NCBI GenBank assembly: GCA_963662405.2
Contig: CAXXKT010000001.1
Location: 2,144,001 to 2,208,000, forward strand
DNA: 64,000 nucleotides
Reading direction: 5' to 3'
From: Syntrophales bacterium
GTDB taxonomy: Bacteria > Desulfobacterota > Syntrophia > Syntrophales > UBA2210
Under the pieces are notes generated by a model. The model worked only from the letters and a program-made list of their open reading frames with translations, was not told the DNA's origin and ran no database searches. The translations under genes were made by a program, and so were the position numbers. Shown one piece after another: positions 21,138 through 31,087 of the stretch. Position 1 is the stretch's first letter; every line of letters starts with the position of its first letter.

Positions 21138-21992
21138 ATGGATAAAAAGGCGTTGATCGATATGTTGAACAGAGACCTGACCGATGAACACGCCGCGGTG
21201 GTGCGGTACCTCATCCACAGCTACCAGGAAGGGGAGGATACGCCGGTCGGTGCCAGTCTTCTCTCCCGGTGCCGGGAGGAAATGTGGCACATGCACTGGC
21301 TCGGGATGATCATCGGCGAGCTGGGGGGAGAGCCGGACTTCTCGATCGGACCGTATCCATTCGATCCCGCCAGCAGGGAGACGATGCTGCAATCCTATAT
21401 CCAGTATGAGGGGAATCTGATACCGCATTACAACGGCGAGGCGGAGAAGGTCGATGATCCCCATATCAAGCGTGTCCTGCGGCGTGAGGCCTGGGAATCG
21501 GCCATCCATGCCCTGCGCTTCCGGCGGTTGATCGAGAAACTTTCCCCCGCGGAGAGAGACGGTCTTCCCGAGGGTGACCACGAACTCCCTGCCTCCTTTG
21601 CAGACAGGCTCCAGGATGAACTCCTGAGAAAGTACAACGAGATGCTGCAGCACATTCGCATCTCGTGGGTCTTTCAGAACGAGCAACAGACGGGGTGGCG
21701 GATTATGGACCAGGCGATGGAGAAGATGAAGCACCTTGCCATCTTTGCCGAGTCCCTCGCCGAAGACGGTGTCGCACTCCCCTTCAAGGCGGGCTCGATC
21801 GACATGAGCCGTGCCGTCGGTGACTCCCTCCGGAAGGCCGTTGATGACCTCCAGGCGGGGGGAGAACGGTATCGGGCCCTGCAGAAGGATGAAGAACTTC
21901 TGAAACACTCCGGCATCGTCATGAAGATGGATCTGGCGGTTCAGCAGATCGACTATCAGGCCGAAGAGATCACGGGCTGGCTGAAGAAGTAA
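21138..21992 (+). CDS. Tandem ferritin/bacterioferritin-like domain protein
   Basis: LNRDLTDEHAA..Y, EEMWH..LG..IGELGGEP, YE, ESAIH; second copy EKMKH..AESLAEDG. Confidence 0.75.
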   Translation: MDKKALIDMLNRDLTDEHAAVVRYLIHSYQEGEDTPVGASLLSRCREEMWHMHWLGMIIGELGGEPDFSIGPYPFDPASRETMLQSYIQYEGNLIPHYNGEAEKVDDPHIKRVLRREAWESAIHALRFRRLIEKLSPAERDGLPEGDHELPASFADRLQDELLRKYNEMLQHIRISWVFQNEQQTGWRIMDQAMEKMKHLAIFAESLAEDGVALPFKAGSIDMSRAVGDSLRKAVDDLQAGGERYRALQKDEELLKHSGIVMKMDLAVQQIDYQAEEITGWLKK

Positions 21993-22019
21993 GGGCCCTT
22001 TCGTCGCCGCCCCGTTTCG

Positions 22020-23315
22020 TCAGCATACCTTGCGGAACGTGGGGAATAAGAAGAAGAACGCCACGGCGAAGACACAGAGCAGGATGCCGGCGATTCCCAG
22101 GGAATCGGGGGTCCCGATCCCTTCGGCAAGGGCTCCGAAGGGGACCGCGCTGAGGGGCATGATCCCGAAGGTCATCATGGCCATGCTGACGATCCGGCCG
22201 CGCATGGCACGTGACGAGTATGACTGCATCATGGTCATGTTGAGAGACATGAAGACGGAACCTGCCAGCCCGATAACCAGCAGGACGGGAAGGGCTGTCG
22301 CGTAGGACGAGCATCGGGAAAAGAGTATCAGTGAACCGCCCCATACAAAGGCATTGATCACCAGGAAGATCCCGCGCCTCCTCAGGTGATCGAGGGAGGC
22401 AAGCCCCATCGCCCCGATGAGGGACCCGATGCCGACACATGCCATCAGGATACCAAGACCGTCCGACTCGATGTTCAGGACCTCCCTGCCCCATGCCGGC
22501 AGGAGCGCCAGATAGGGAAATCCGAAAAGGGCAGGGACGAGACTCAGGATGACCAGCCCGAAGAGGGGCGGGTTACCGGCGGCGTATTGAAATCCCTCCC
22601 GGATATCGGCGCCAATCCCCGTGTCGGGGCGGCCGCTCGATTGCGCCCGCCCCGTCTTGATCAAGGCGGTGCTGAGGGCGGAGAGGGCATGAATGAGGGT
22701 GATCAGGTAAAAGGTCCCCGCTGTGTCCAGATAGATAATAAGGACACCGGCCAGGGCCGGCCCGATGATCCGTGTTATGTTCATCCCCGCGCTGTTCAGG
22801 GAGATGGCGTTCATGAGGGCCTTGCCGGGAACGATATCCGAGATGATCGATTGACGACTGGGCATGTTGAAGGCCGCCAGTGTCCCGTTGCACACCCCCA
22901 GCACCAGGAGATGCGAGAACCGGATGATCCCGGTCATGTCCAGTATCGCCAACAGAAGCGTGAGGATGGCGTTACCGGTTTGACTCAGAAATATAATCTG
23001 CCTTCGGGGAATACGATCCGCCATGACGCCGCCCAGTATCGAGACGAAGGTGAGGGGCAGGGCGAAGGACATCATGACCAGTGCGAGGGCAAAGGGAGAG
23101 TCCTCGGTCAGGCGAAGGACGAGCCATCCGCGGGTGATCTGTTGCATCCCCACCGCCATGAAGGAAAGAACGGTACCGAGCCACAGCCACCGGTAATCGC
23201 GGTACTGAAATGACAAGAAGGCGCTTCCCCTCCTGCGGCCAGGGCCGGGCCGGGGTTCTGCTCCCTCTTCCCGGGGAGGCGGTTGTTTCTGCTGCTCTGC
23301 CTTGGGATCCGTCAT
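22020..23315 (-). CDS. MFS transporter (DHA3/MFS_3-like)
   Basis: YRDYRWLW, GGVMADR, PSRQS, NAISLNS, MRGR motifs. Confidence 0.88.
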   Translation of the reverse strand: MTDPKAEQQKQPPPREEGAEPRPGPGRRRGSAFLSFQYRDYRWLWLGTVLSFMAVGMQQITRGWLVLRLTEDSPFALALVMMSFALPLTFVSILGGVMADRIPRRQIIFLSQTGNAILTLLLAILDMTGIIRFSHLLVLGVCNGTLAAFNMPSRQSIISDIVPGKALMNAISLNSAGMNITRIIGPALAGVLIIYLDTAGTFYLITLIHALSALSTALIKTGRAQSSGRPDTGIGADIREGFQYAAGNPPLFGLVILSLVPALFGFPYLALLPAWGREVLNIESDGLGILMACVGIGSLIGAMGLASLDHLRRRGIFLVINAFVWGGSLILFSRCSSYATALPVLLVIGLAGSVFMSLNMTMMQSYSSRAMRGRIVSMAMMTFGIMPLSAVPFGALAEGIGTPDSLGIAGILLCVFAVAFFFLFPTFRKVC

Positions 23316-23451
23316 AATTGCTGATGCCGAAAACCGTTCGGGCAGGTGAGGGCACCCCTTCTGAAAATCATATCGTACCGTTTCGTATCGGCCGGGGTGC
23401 CTTCCCCGGATCGGGTGAGACTGCCCTTTCTCGTGCCATGGTTTGTTTCCC

Positions 23452-23970
23452 TCAGCCGTTGTCTTCCTTGAGGAGGATCTTTGCCTGGATGAATATTCCG
23501 AGCAGGGCCAGGACGATGGCGATGGCCGTTTCCATCATCGGTTCCAGGATGAAGGATTCGGTAATGATCGATCCCCCGGCGACCGACGAGAGGATGATCA
23601 GGGCCCAGTCGAAGAGGAGGAAGAGGAGGATCGCACCGATGATCCCGCCACCGATGTAAGAGATCCAGAACATCTCCTGCGAGATGATCCCGAATGAGGT
23701 GACGATCATATAGGCTATGTAGGATCCCGCGAGGAACCCGGATACGAATATGGCGAATCCCTGGAGAAACAAGGCGATGACCACACCGATGGCCCCTATG
23801 ATGATTCCGACGGAGAGGGACGTGATAAGGGATTCGATCCCCAGGATATGGTCGGCCAGGGTAAAGCCGGCGATGAACCCGACGGCACCCACGAAGAACC
23901 AGAAGAACTTTCGCCCTGCCACCAGCAGGAGTATGCCGATCACGGCGTACATCAGCGGTGTTGCATTCAT
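23452..23970 (-). CDS. DUF4203-like membrane protein
   Basis: GILLLVAGRKFFWFFVGAVGF; highly hydrophobic; RBS ggagg. Confidence 0.75.
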   Translation of the reverse strand: MNATPLMYAVIGILLLVAGRKFFWFFVGAVGFIAGFTLADHILGIESLITSLSVGIIIGAIGVVIALFLQGFAIFVSGFLAGSYIAYMIVTSFGIISQEMFWISYIGGGIIGAILLFLLFDWALIILSSVAGGSIITESFILEPMMETAIAIVLALLGIFIQAKILLKEDNG

Positions 23971-24055
23971 ATCAACCTCCTTTTCGGGACCGCTGTTCGA
24001 AAACGGGGGGGGGCCGCTTCGTGCGGATGGTTGTTCCGCCACTCCTGGCGAGGTC

Positions 24056-24991
24056 TCAATCCTTTTTCCCTTCACGGGCCTTGAGGGCTGCGTAGACCTT
24101 TTCATGGGCGGGGGCCGGCAGCCCGAGCCTCCTGGCATCATCGACGATGAATCCGGCGAAGGTATCGATCTCCGTGGAATTCCCCTGTTCAAAATCGCGC
24201 TGGTACGAGGTCTTGGCCTCGTAGGGGAAGCCCCGGACCTTTTCGATGGTCGCCTCCTTGATATTGTCGGGAAATCGTACCGTGTGGGCAGCGGCGAGGG
24301 CCAGCAGCTCATCGAGGAGCGTTTCCATCAGTCTCATCCCCTCGTCATCTTCCAGGATTGCCCCCATGGACCTGTCACGGAAGGTCGTCGCGTTTCCGAC
24401 GGGTGAGACAAAGACGTACTTTTCCCATGCAATATTCTTGATGTCACTCCGCAACTCGGCGTCTATGTCCGCCTTCCGGAACAGATCTTCCACCCGTTTC
24501 CCGTCCGGTTCCTCCTTCGTTTCGTTTCCGAAGAACATCTTGCAGGAACCGCCGACCTGCCGGCAGGACCCCGGCCCGGTCAGGAGAGAAGAGATATAGA
24601 CGCACCCGTTCCATATCCTCCCCTTCGTCAGGACGGACCGGAGCCTTTCGACGTTGTCCACCCCGTTCAGGAGAGGGATTACGATGGTATCATCCCCGAT
24701 AGCGGGGGTGAGCAGCTGTGCGCTCTCGGTAAGGCTGTATCCCTTGACGCACAGGAGGACGATGTCGAACGTCCCGCACCCCGACGGGTCATCGGTCGCT
24801 AGGTCGGGGTGGGCCGTAAAGTCCCCCTGGGCCACGCTTTTCACCTCCAGGCCATGTGCCTGTATTGCCTTCAGGTGTTCTCCCCGTGCGATAAAGACGA
24901 CTTCGACATCCGTATCGCCGCCGTACCGCCGTGCCAGCAGGCCGCCGTAATAGCCGCCCACGCCTCCTATCCCCATGACTGCTATCCTCAT
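24056..24991 (-). CDS. panE: 2-dehydropantoate 2-reductase
   Basis: GIGGVGG, ARGEH, VKGY, LLNG, WEK, TSYQRD, TEID. Confidence 0.88.
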   Translation of the reverse strand: MRIAVMGIGGVGGYYGGLLARRYGGDTDVEVVFIARGEHLKAIQAHGLEVKSVAQGDFTAHPDLATDDPSGCGTFDIVLLCVKGYSLTESAQLLTPAIGDDTIVIPLLNGVDNVERLRSVLTKGRIWNGCVYISSLLTGPGSCRQVGGSCKMFFGNETKEEPDGKRVEDLFRKADIDAELRSDIKNIAWEKYVFVSPVGNATTFRDRSMGAILEDDEGMRLMETLLDELLALAAAHTVRFPDNIKEATIEKVRGFPYEAKTSYQRDFEQGNSTEIDTFAGFIVDDARRLGLPAPAHEKVYAALKAREGKKD

Positions 24992-25157
24992 TATAATACT
25001 CCTCTCACGATGCATGCCGGACATTTCGTGCTTCTCGAATGGATTCGACCCGACGAATATCTTCAAACAGGTTACATTCGTTACGAAAAAAGGTCAAGGG
25101 AAAGGTGAATCACGATCCGGACGCCGGAGGCGCCATGCTGTTGGCGCCGGGATCGGG

Positions 25158-26129
25158 TCAGGCGTCAAAGGGGAAGTCATCGTCCCGGTAGTTTCTTTTT
25201 CTGATCAGCACCCGGATGAATCCCAGGATGGTGAGAAGTGCCCCCAGAAAGAAGAGGATCTCATAGAGGTACATGCTCAGGTATGTGAACCACGTTGATC
25301 TCTTCCTGAGGTTCCTCAGCCACTTCGCTTCAAGCTCGTCGAGGGGGATGAAGAGACTGCGGTGGATCGCCTGATCCGGTGGGGTGCCCTCCCTCAGGTG
25401 ATTCAATATGTCCAGGATGCTATTGGCACCGAATTCCCTGACGATATACTCGATCAGGTCTCTGCTCTGTTCATATGCCGTCAGGAGCCCCCTTTCATCT
25501 GCGGGAAAATGTGTCGCCAGGTCCCTGATCCTGAAATAGTGCCCCGAGAGAACGGCCCGGGTCAGTACGAAACGCTCCCGGTCCATGATGATCTCCGCCA
25601 TCCCGCCGCTGACCCACTGGGCGACCCCCTCATCGAGCCATTTGGGCAGATTGGGTGTTCGTATGTGACGGTGGAGGAGGAGATGACACAGCTCGTGCTT
25701 CAACGTTGTCTCGAGGAGGGAAGGGGCTGCGGCCATCCGTGAATAATCGATGACGATGGCCCCGTTCCCGGGGAGGGCAAAGGCCGTAATGAAGGGACTG
25801 CCGGCCCTCTCCTGAAACGTTGTTCTGTCTTTGATAAGGAGAACCGTTGGTCTGTAGTCGAGATCCCACCCCAGGGTCTTGTGGAGCTGGGCTATCAGCC
25901 CCGGATAGATGGCCGCCAGCTCTTGTGCCGCCGGTCTCAACGGTTCGTCATAGAGGACGATGACATCATCTGTTTTGAGGGAGGCGTATGAAGCTCCCCA
26001 GAGGGATGCCGGGAAGAGAAAGAAGAGCCATCCCACCAGGAGGACAAGGAGGATGTGGCTGCGATAGACCATTCGAGACCTCGTGCGATGTGCGATGGCG
26101 TGGGTAAGCGGGGGGAGGTTGATCTCCAT
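25158..26129 (-). CDS. Peptidase MA-family zinc metallohydrolase, membrane-anchored (start uncertain)
   Basis: HELCH...PKWLDEGVA gluzincin motif; N- and C-terminal hydrophobic segments. Confidence 0.8.
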   Translation of the reverse strand: MEINLPPLTHAIAHRTRSRMVYRSHILLVLLVGWLFFLFPASLWGASYASLKTDDVIVLYDEPLRPAAQELAAIYPGLIAQLHKTLGWDLDYRPTVLLIKDRTTFQERAGSPFITAFALPGNGAIVIDYSRMAAAPSLLETTLKHELCHLLLHRHIRTPNLPKWLDEGVAQWVSGGMAEIIMDRERFVLTRAVLSGHYFRIRDLATHFPADERGLLTAYEQSRDLIEYIVREFGANSILDILNHLREGTPPDQAIHRSLFIPLDELEAKWLRNLRKRSTWFTYLSMYLYEILFFLGALLTILGFIRVLIRKRNYRDDDFPFDA

Positions 26130-26155
26130 CTCCTCTCGGCCTGCAGCCGATCCCC

Positions 26156-26356
26156 TTACCGGCGGAATAACCACAGAATCAAGGAAATAACGATGCTGAC
26201 CACGACCATGGTCGTTATCGGGACATATACCCTGACGTGGGGCTTGTTGACAACGATGTCGCCCGGGAGGCGGCCCAGGGGGAGCGACCCCAGCCACGGC
26301 CAGAGGACCCCCGCAATGAGTATAACAAGACCGGTGATGATCAGAATTCGTTGCAT
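26156..26356 (-). CDS. DUF2905 small membrane protein
   Basis: LGRLPGDI...VYVPITT signature. Confidence 0.85.
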   Translation of the reverse strand: MQRILIITGLVILIAGVLWPWLGSLPLGRLPGDIVVNKPHVRVYVPITTMVVVSIVISLILWLFRR

Positions 26357-26419
26357 CGGTGTCTTGAGTGTGACCATCCTTCCCTTTCCACCGCCTTATA
26401 CCGTCCCTGATGACCTTTG

Positions 26420-27238
26420 TCAAAAGGTCATCGTCTCGAATGGGCGGATCATGCGGATCGCGCAATCGGGGGCGCTTGCGGAGATACACTTGAGGAAGCC
26501 TCTCATGTCCTGAAAGGGGAGGGGGCGTGTCGTGCTGGTTCCCCGCAGGGGCGAGGAAAAATCGTCGTAGTGAACCGGAACAATCACGCGCGGCCGGACG
26601 AGCCGGGGGAGGCGGGTGCAGTATCCCGGTGTCTTCTTCCACCCCGGGACGGCCATGAAAAGGACGTCACACCGGTGTCCCTCGATCTCCCGTTCCACGA
26701 AGCCGGCGCTCCCGCTGTGCATGAAGGTTACCCCCCCGATAGTCACCTTCGGGATGAAGACCTCGCCGAACCGATAATCGGAGATCCTCATCGGAAGACG
26801 GGATGCAGGGCTGATATCTCCCGGATACGGCCTTGTTCCGAAGAGAACCACCCCGTGCCGCGACCGGATCATCGTCACCGTCTCCCCTCCGGGGAGCGTG
26901 ATCTGTTCTCCCCCCTCGCATACGGTGACGATCCCCGGCCTTCCGTTCAGCCCCATCAGTGTCCCGAGACTGCGGCTTCCGATGACCTTGCATCCGAGGC
27001 GGTGTTCGAGAGAAGGGATATCGAGGACATGGTCGTAATGGGTGTGGGTCGCGATGATCGCCGTGACCGTTCCCCGGAGGCCGGTAACGTACCGGTCTAT
27101 CACATCCTCCCGGGGGGCCGGGTGGCCGAAGAGGAGGTCCCGTTTTCCCGGTCTCGAGTGGAAGGGGTCTATCAAGAGAGTCGTTTTCTCGTCCCTGATC
27201 TCAAGCCCGGCGGCGCCGGTCCAGCGAACGGTTACCAT
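26420..27238 (-). CDS. MBL-fold metallo-hydrolase
   Basis: LLIDP, THTHYDH, PVHYD. Confidence 0.88.
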   Translation of the reverse strand: MVTVRWTGAAGLEIRDEKTTLLIDPFHSRPGKRDLLFGHPAPREDVIDRYVTGLRGTVTAIIATHTHYDHVLDIPSLEHRLGCKVIGSRSLGTLMGLNGRPGIVTVCEGGEQITLPGGETVTMIRSRHGVVLFGTRPYPGDISPASRLPMRISDYRFGEVFIPKVTIGGVTFMHSGSAGFVEREIEGHRCDVLFMAVPGWKKTPGYCTRLPRLVRPRVIVPVHYDDFSSPLRGTSTTRPLPFQDMRGFLKCISASAPDCAIRMIRPFETMTF

Positions 27239-28796
27239 CGTTTTCCCTCTTTCTGTTCCCTTCATCCTTCTCCCCCGTCAGGAAGAACGGGGCGTGGTTT
27301 GAGGTGAAGACGGGTGGGTCTCTGAGGACGATGGATCTGATCGAGGGGTCCCTTTTGAAATCATCCTCCAGAAACCGCCTGACCCGCCCCCGGTACCACC
27401 CTCCGGGGTGCCTGAACTGGCGGTAGAGGGTCAGGTCGCCGTCATAGAAGTTCTCTGTTTCCAGTCCCGCCGTGTCCGGACCGTAGGCGGGGAGGTTGAA
27501 GACGGCGAGGTTCAGAAAATTGATATATGCATGGTGCCGCCTCACATAGTCGAGGGTGTCCCGCGCCTCTTCCGGCCCTTCGGCCGGTGTCCCGAAGAGG
27601 AGATACACATAGGTCCCGATTCCGGCCTCTTTCAGGGCCTTGAGGGCTTGTGATGCCTCCGCCAAGTCGATCCCCTTGTCGAGGGCTTCGATGACCCCCT
27701 GATTTCCCGACTCGAGACCGAGCTTCAGCAGGACACACCCCGAACGCTTCAGCTGACGACAGAATGCCGGATCGGTGAGGTGCCGGGTGATGCGGGCGAA
27801 TCCGTACCAGGGGATCCCGAGGGGATTGTCCCCAATCGCCGCCAGGAGCGCCGGACTCATGGCATTGTCGAGGAAATGGACGAGAGAGGGCTTCTCGCTC
27901 CCGATCAGTCGCTCGATATCGGAAAGGGTATCGTGGATCGAAGGGTGTGTGTAGCGATTGCCTTCCGCCTTTTCCGGGCAGAAGGTACATCGGCCCCACC
28001 AGCACCCGCTCGATGCGCTGTAGGGAAGGACGAATCCCGGCGAAAGATAGGGGAGGTCACGGAAGGGTGCGTAGTCCGGTACTGCATGCCTCCTTGAAGG
28101 GGCAATCCCGCACATCTCCAAGAGGGGTTCTTCCCCCGGCCCGGCCACCATCTCGTCCACGAGGCCGCCGAAGGGATTTTCCCATCCCGGTCGGCTGATC
28201 CACGAGGTCACCAGTCCCCCGCCCAGGACGATCTTTGCCCCCGGGAGGAACCCGCGTATGAAACCGATCAGGGAAAAGGTGGTGATCGCCTGGCTCAGGT
28301 AGGTGAGCGAGAGGCCGATGATCGCTGGCTCGTCGTTGTCACAGATCTCCACCAGTCGTCGGGAGAGGTAGGGGAAGAAAGGATTTTCCTCCGGTCGTTC
28401 GGCTGCTCCGATGAGGTCCGCACTGCGAAGGGGGGAGCGGGTGGTATCCTGGTAATTCGCCAGACCGATCTGTGCGTGGAAGGGACGGCCCGCCACGTCG
28501 AGGAGGCGGTTTAATTCCCGTACCGCCTGGCGATAGCGATCGATTTTTCGGTACCGATTCTCAGATCGGAGCACCGAAAGGTTGGCGGCTCGATGCCGGA
28601 GCGCCCGTTTCGACCACGTATCATCCGCCGAGACAGGCCCTTGCAGGAGGGCCATGAGTCCTTCGATGTTGGCGTCGAGCACCCGGCACCGGATGCCGTG
28701 CCCTTCCAGTGCGCCCACGAGCCGAGCAATCCCCGCCGGGGGCTCGCAGGGTCGGACGACGGGGGGATTTATCAAGAGTATTGTCGCTGGTTTCAC
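27201..28796 (-). CDS. B12-binding-domain radical SAM protein
   Basis: LLINPP, GLS, LGG; GCWWGRCTFC; GLESG; LFGTP. Confidence 0.85.
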   Translation of the reverse strand: MKPATILLINPPVVRPCEPPAGIARLVGALEGHGIRCRVLDANIEGLMALLQGPVSADDTWSKRALRHRAANLSVLRSENRYRKIDRYRQAVRELNRLLDVAGRPFHAQIGLANYQDTTRSPLRSADLIGAAERPEENPFFPYLSRRLVEICDNDEPAIIGLSLTYLSQAITTFSLIGFIRGFLPGAKIVLGGGLVTSWISRPGWENPFGGLVDEMVAGPGEEPLLEMCGIAPSRRHAVPDYAPFRDLPYLSPGFVLPYSASSGCWWGRCTFCPEKAEGNRYTHPSIHDTLSDIERLIGSEKPSLVHFLDNAMSPALLAAIGDNPLGIPWYGFARITRHLTDPAFCRQLKRSGCVLLKLGLESGNQGVIEALDKGIDLAEASQALKALKEAGIGTYVYLLFGTPAEGPEEARDTLDYVRRHHAYINFLNLAVFNLPAYGPDTAGLETENFYDGDLTLYRQFRHPGGWYRGRVRRFLEDDFKRDPSIRSIVLRDPPVFTSNHAPFFLTGEKDEGNRKRENDGNRSLDRRRRA

Positions 28797-28851
28797 TGCT
28801 TCTCCGCTTCCCGTCAGTGTGGTCTCCCCGCCGGGGTATCCCGTGGGCCGT

Positions 28852-29577
28852 CTATGCGTCCTCGTCTTCCCGTGCCTTTCTCAGGTTCTGCCAGAAGGGC
28901 TTCGCGAGGAAACTCTCCTCCCCCAGGCTGCAGAGTTGTTCGTACATCGGCCGGGTGGTCGTAAAGGCGAGCAGATTCGGGTCCAGATATCGGCGCATCG
29001 CGATATCCGTCGCGCCGATGGCCGCCTGCGGGATGTTCAGGTCATCGAAGGAAACGATCAACTGCGAGCACCCCGAGCCGAAGGGGGCGATGACCGGAGG
29101 GGGATCACCGGGGAGGCTGAAGTACTGGGCCCCGATCATGAGCAGGGCAAGCTGGTCGGGGGTGACGAAGAAGGTTACACTCTTCAGATGCGCGTACTGA
29201 TCCTCGCGGAGGTGACCGATGAGGAGATGGGGGTGTTCCTGTCGGTATCCCTGATGGTGGTCCAGCCACCCGTTCATCAGCGTGTGCGATGCCTTCAGCC
29301 CTTCGTCATCCACGAGAAACGCGACGAGTTCCTGGCGGGATCGTGTCTCCACGCCGCACAACCAGTAACCGGCGCCGGGGCAGCCGAAGGTTTCCTGCGT
29401 CAGGTGGAGTGTCTTACCGCGGAGCCACTGGCGGTAGAAGGCGAAGGTGCACACGCGTGTGCCCGGTTTCGGTTCCACCAGCGGTTCGAAGGGGCGCGTA
29501 TCGGGGGCGTCGTAGAAGCCGATCGGGGGTATCTCCAGTCCCATCGTTTTTATCAGGTATGTCTCGTCAGGTTGCAT
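28852..29577 (-). CDS. DUF169-like protein
   Basis: GCPGA, PDQLALL, PFGSGC, IGATDIAMR pattern. Confidence 0.65.
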   Translation of the reverse strand: MQPDETYLIKTMGLEIPPIGFYDAPDTRPFEPLVEPKPGTRVCTFAFYRQWLRGKTLHLTQETFGCPGAGYWLCGVETRSRQELVAFLVDDEGLKASHTLMNGWLDHHQGYRQEHPHLLIGHLREDQYAHLKSVTFFVTPDQLALLMIGAQYFSLPGDPPPVIAPFGSGCSQLIVSFDDLNIPQAAIGATDIAMRRYLDPNLLAFTTTRPMYEQLCSLGEESFLAKPFWQNLRKAREDEDA

Positions 29578-29613
29578 GTCTCCTATGCCCCTCTCTCATG
29601 GACTGATCAGAAA

Positions 29614-30873
29614 TCAATCATTGCCTTCACCGGCGGGGAGTTCAAGGAGTGTGACCGGCTGGACGGCGTTCCCCGCGATTCCTCTGATCGAGCTGTACAT
29701 GTGGGTGGTGTTGAGGAGGACCTTCTCAATCTGCTTCTCCCGCTTCTTCCAGATCCCCTGCATGGCCCGCTTTTCTGACTCCAGGTCCGCATGCATCTGC
29801 GTGAATCCCTCCACGATCGCCTCCACCTGGAGGCGGAATTCGTTCCCCGTCAGGTAGTCGTAGATCATCCCCATCTTGTCGCCCTTGTTTTCCTGGGTTG
29901 CCACGGCAGTGCTGAGCCTGATGACCGATTCCCGCAGGACGACGCACAGTCCCTTGAATTCCTCGAAGGAGCAAACCCATATGCCGTCCCGGGGTCCCAT
30001 TCGGTCCATATCGGTCGGCATCGACTCGGTGACCAGGACGCCGATATCGGCTCCTCTCTCGCGGATGTCGGTCTTGAACTTCTCGATCCAGCCGTCCTGG
30101 AACCCCTTGGTCCGCTTGCTCTCATAATAGATCGTCCCGCAGTTCTGACGCGTTCGCGTATTGACGATCTGGACGCAGTCGGCCCCCCGCGCTCCCTTCT
30201 TGATCTCTTCGATGGTATCGAGGGGGAAGGCGGCGGTCAGGTATTCCTCGATCGCCAGTTCCTGCACCTCCCCCTGGAGCTGCATGGATCCCTGCTCGGC
30301 CTTTCGCTGGGCCTCTTTCAACTGCTGATTGAGCTGGTCGATCACTTTTTCCCGTTCGGACAGTTTCATCCGGGACTTCTCCTCTTCGCTCTTCCGGATC
30401 TTCTCCCGCTCCGCGCCGAGGGTTTCACTCAATTTTTTCTCCGACTCGGCCTCAATCGACTCCTTCAGTTCATTTTTTTCCCGTTTGAGACGCTCGATCT
30501 CCGATTTAGCCCGATGAAACTCCTTGAGTTGTTCCGATTTTCGGTTCAGTTCCTCCTGGAGTGCCTTGAGATTTGCCGCCTGCTCTTCCTCCATCCGGGC
30601 ACGGACCTCGGTCCGGAGACGCGTTTTCTCTTCTTCCAGACGGGATCGAATCGTCTCGGCGACGGTCTCCTCCTGCCGTCGCTTATCCTCCTCGAACCGT
30701 TCCCGCTCTTTGCCGAGGGTGTTCAGCTTGTCCTGATAGCGATTCCTCTCGACCGCCAGTTCATCCCGATACTTTCTCTTCAGCTCTTCCTCGACCTGGT
30801 GATACAGGATATCCTGTACGTCGATCACCTGCCCGCAGTTGGGGCATGTGATCGTATTCGGCTGCTGGTCCAT
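29614..30873 (-). CDS. DUF2130 coiled-coil protein
   Basis: ITCPNC, GSMQLQGEVQE, GADC, YESKRTK nuclease-like motif. Confidence 0.85.
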   Translation of the reverse strand: MDQQPNTITCPNCGQVIDVQDILYHQVEEELKRKYRDELAVERNRYQDKLNTLGKERERFEEDKRRQEETVAETIRSRLEEEKTRLRTEVRARMEEEQAANLKALQEELNRKSEQLKEFHRAKSEIERLKREKNELKESIEAESEKKLSETLGAEREKIRKSEEEKSRMKLSEREKVIDQLNQQLKEAQRKAEQGSMQLQGEVQELAIEEYLTAAFPLDTIEEIKKGARGADCVQIVNTRTRQNCGTIYYESKRTKGFQDGWIEKFKTDIRERGADIGVLVTESMPTDMDRMGPRDGIWVCSFEEFKGLCVVLRESVIRLSTAVATQENKGDKMGMIYDYLTGNEFRLQVEAIVEGFTQMHADLESEKRAMQGIWKKREKQIEKVLLNTTHMYSSIRGIAGNAVQPVTLLELPAGEGND

Positions 30874-31087
30874 TGTTTTTCCCCGATTCTGTGTCTCTGT
30901 AGTTGCTCCGCGCACGGGGCACCCCGGTGCCATCCGTACCGAGAGAATACGAAAAATTCTCTGAATTATCAATGCTGATTATTCCGCTCCATGATCGGAC
31001 GGGAATAGAAAACTTGCAAAATTGGTGGAAAGGGAATACCAATCTCTGATAAAAGTGGATGTTTGATCACATGGGGTGCTTCGAGAA

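Noticed and set aside
26130..26642. N-terminal extension of the 494-aa ORF 25158-26642
   Set aside because: Overlaps the DUF2905 and MBL genes in other frames; the true start is downstream
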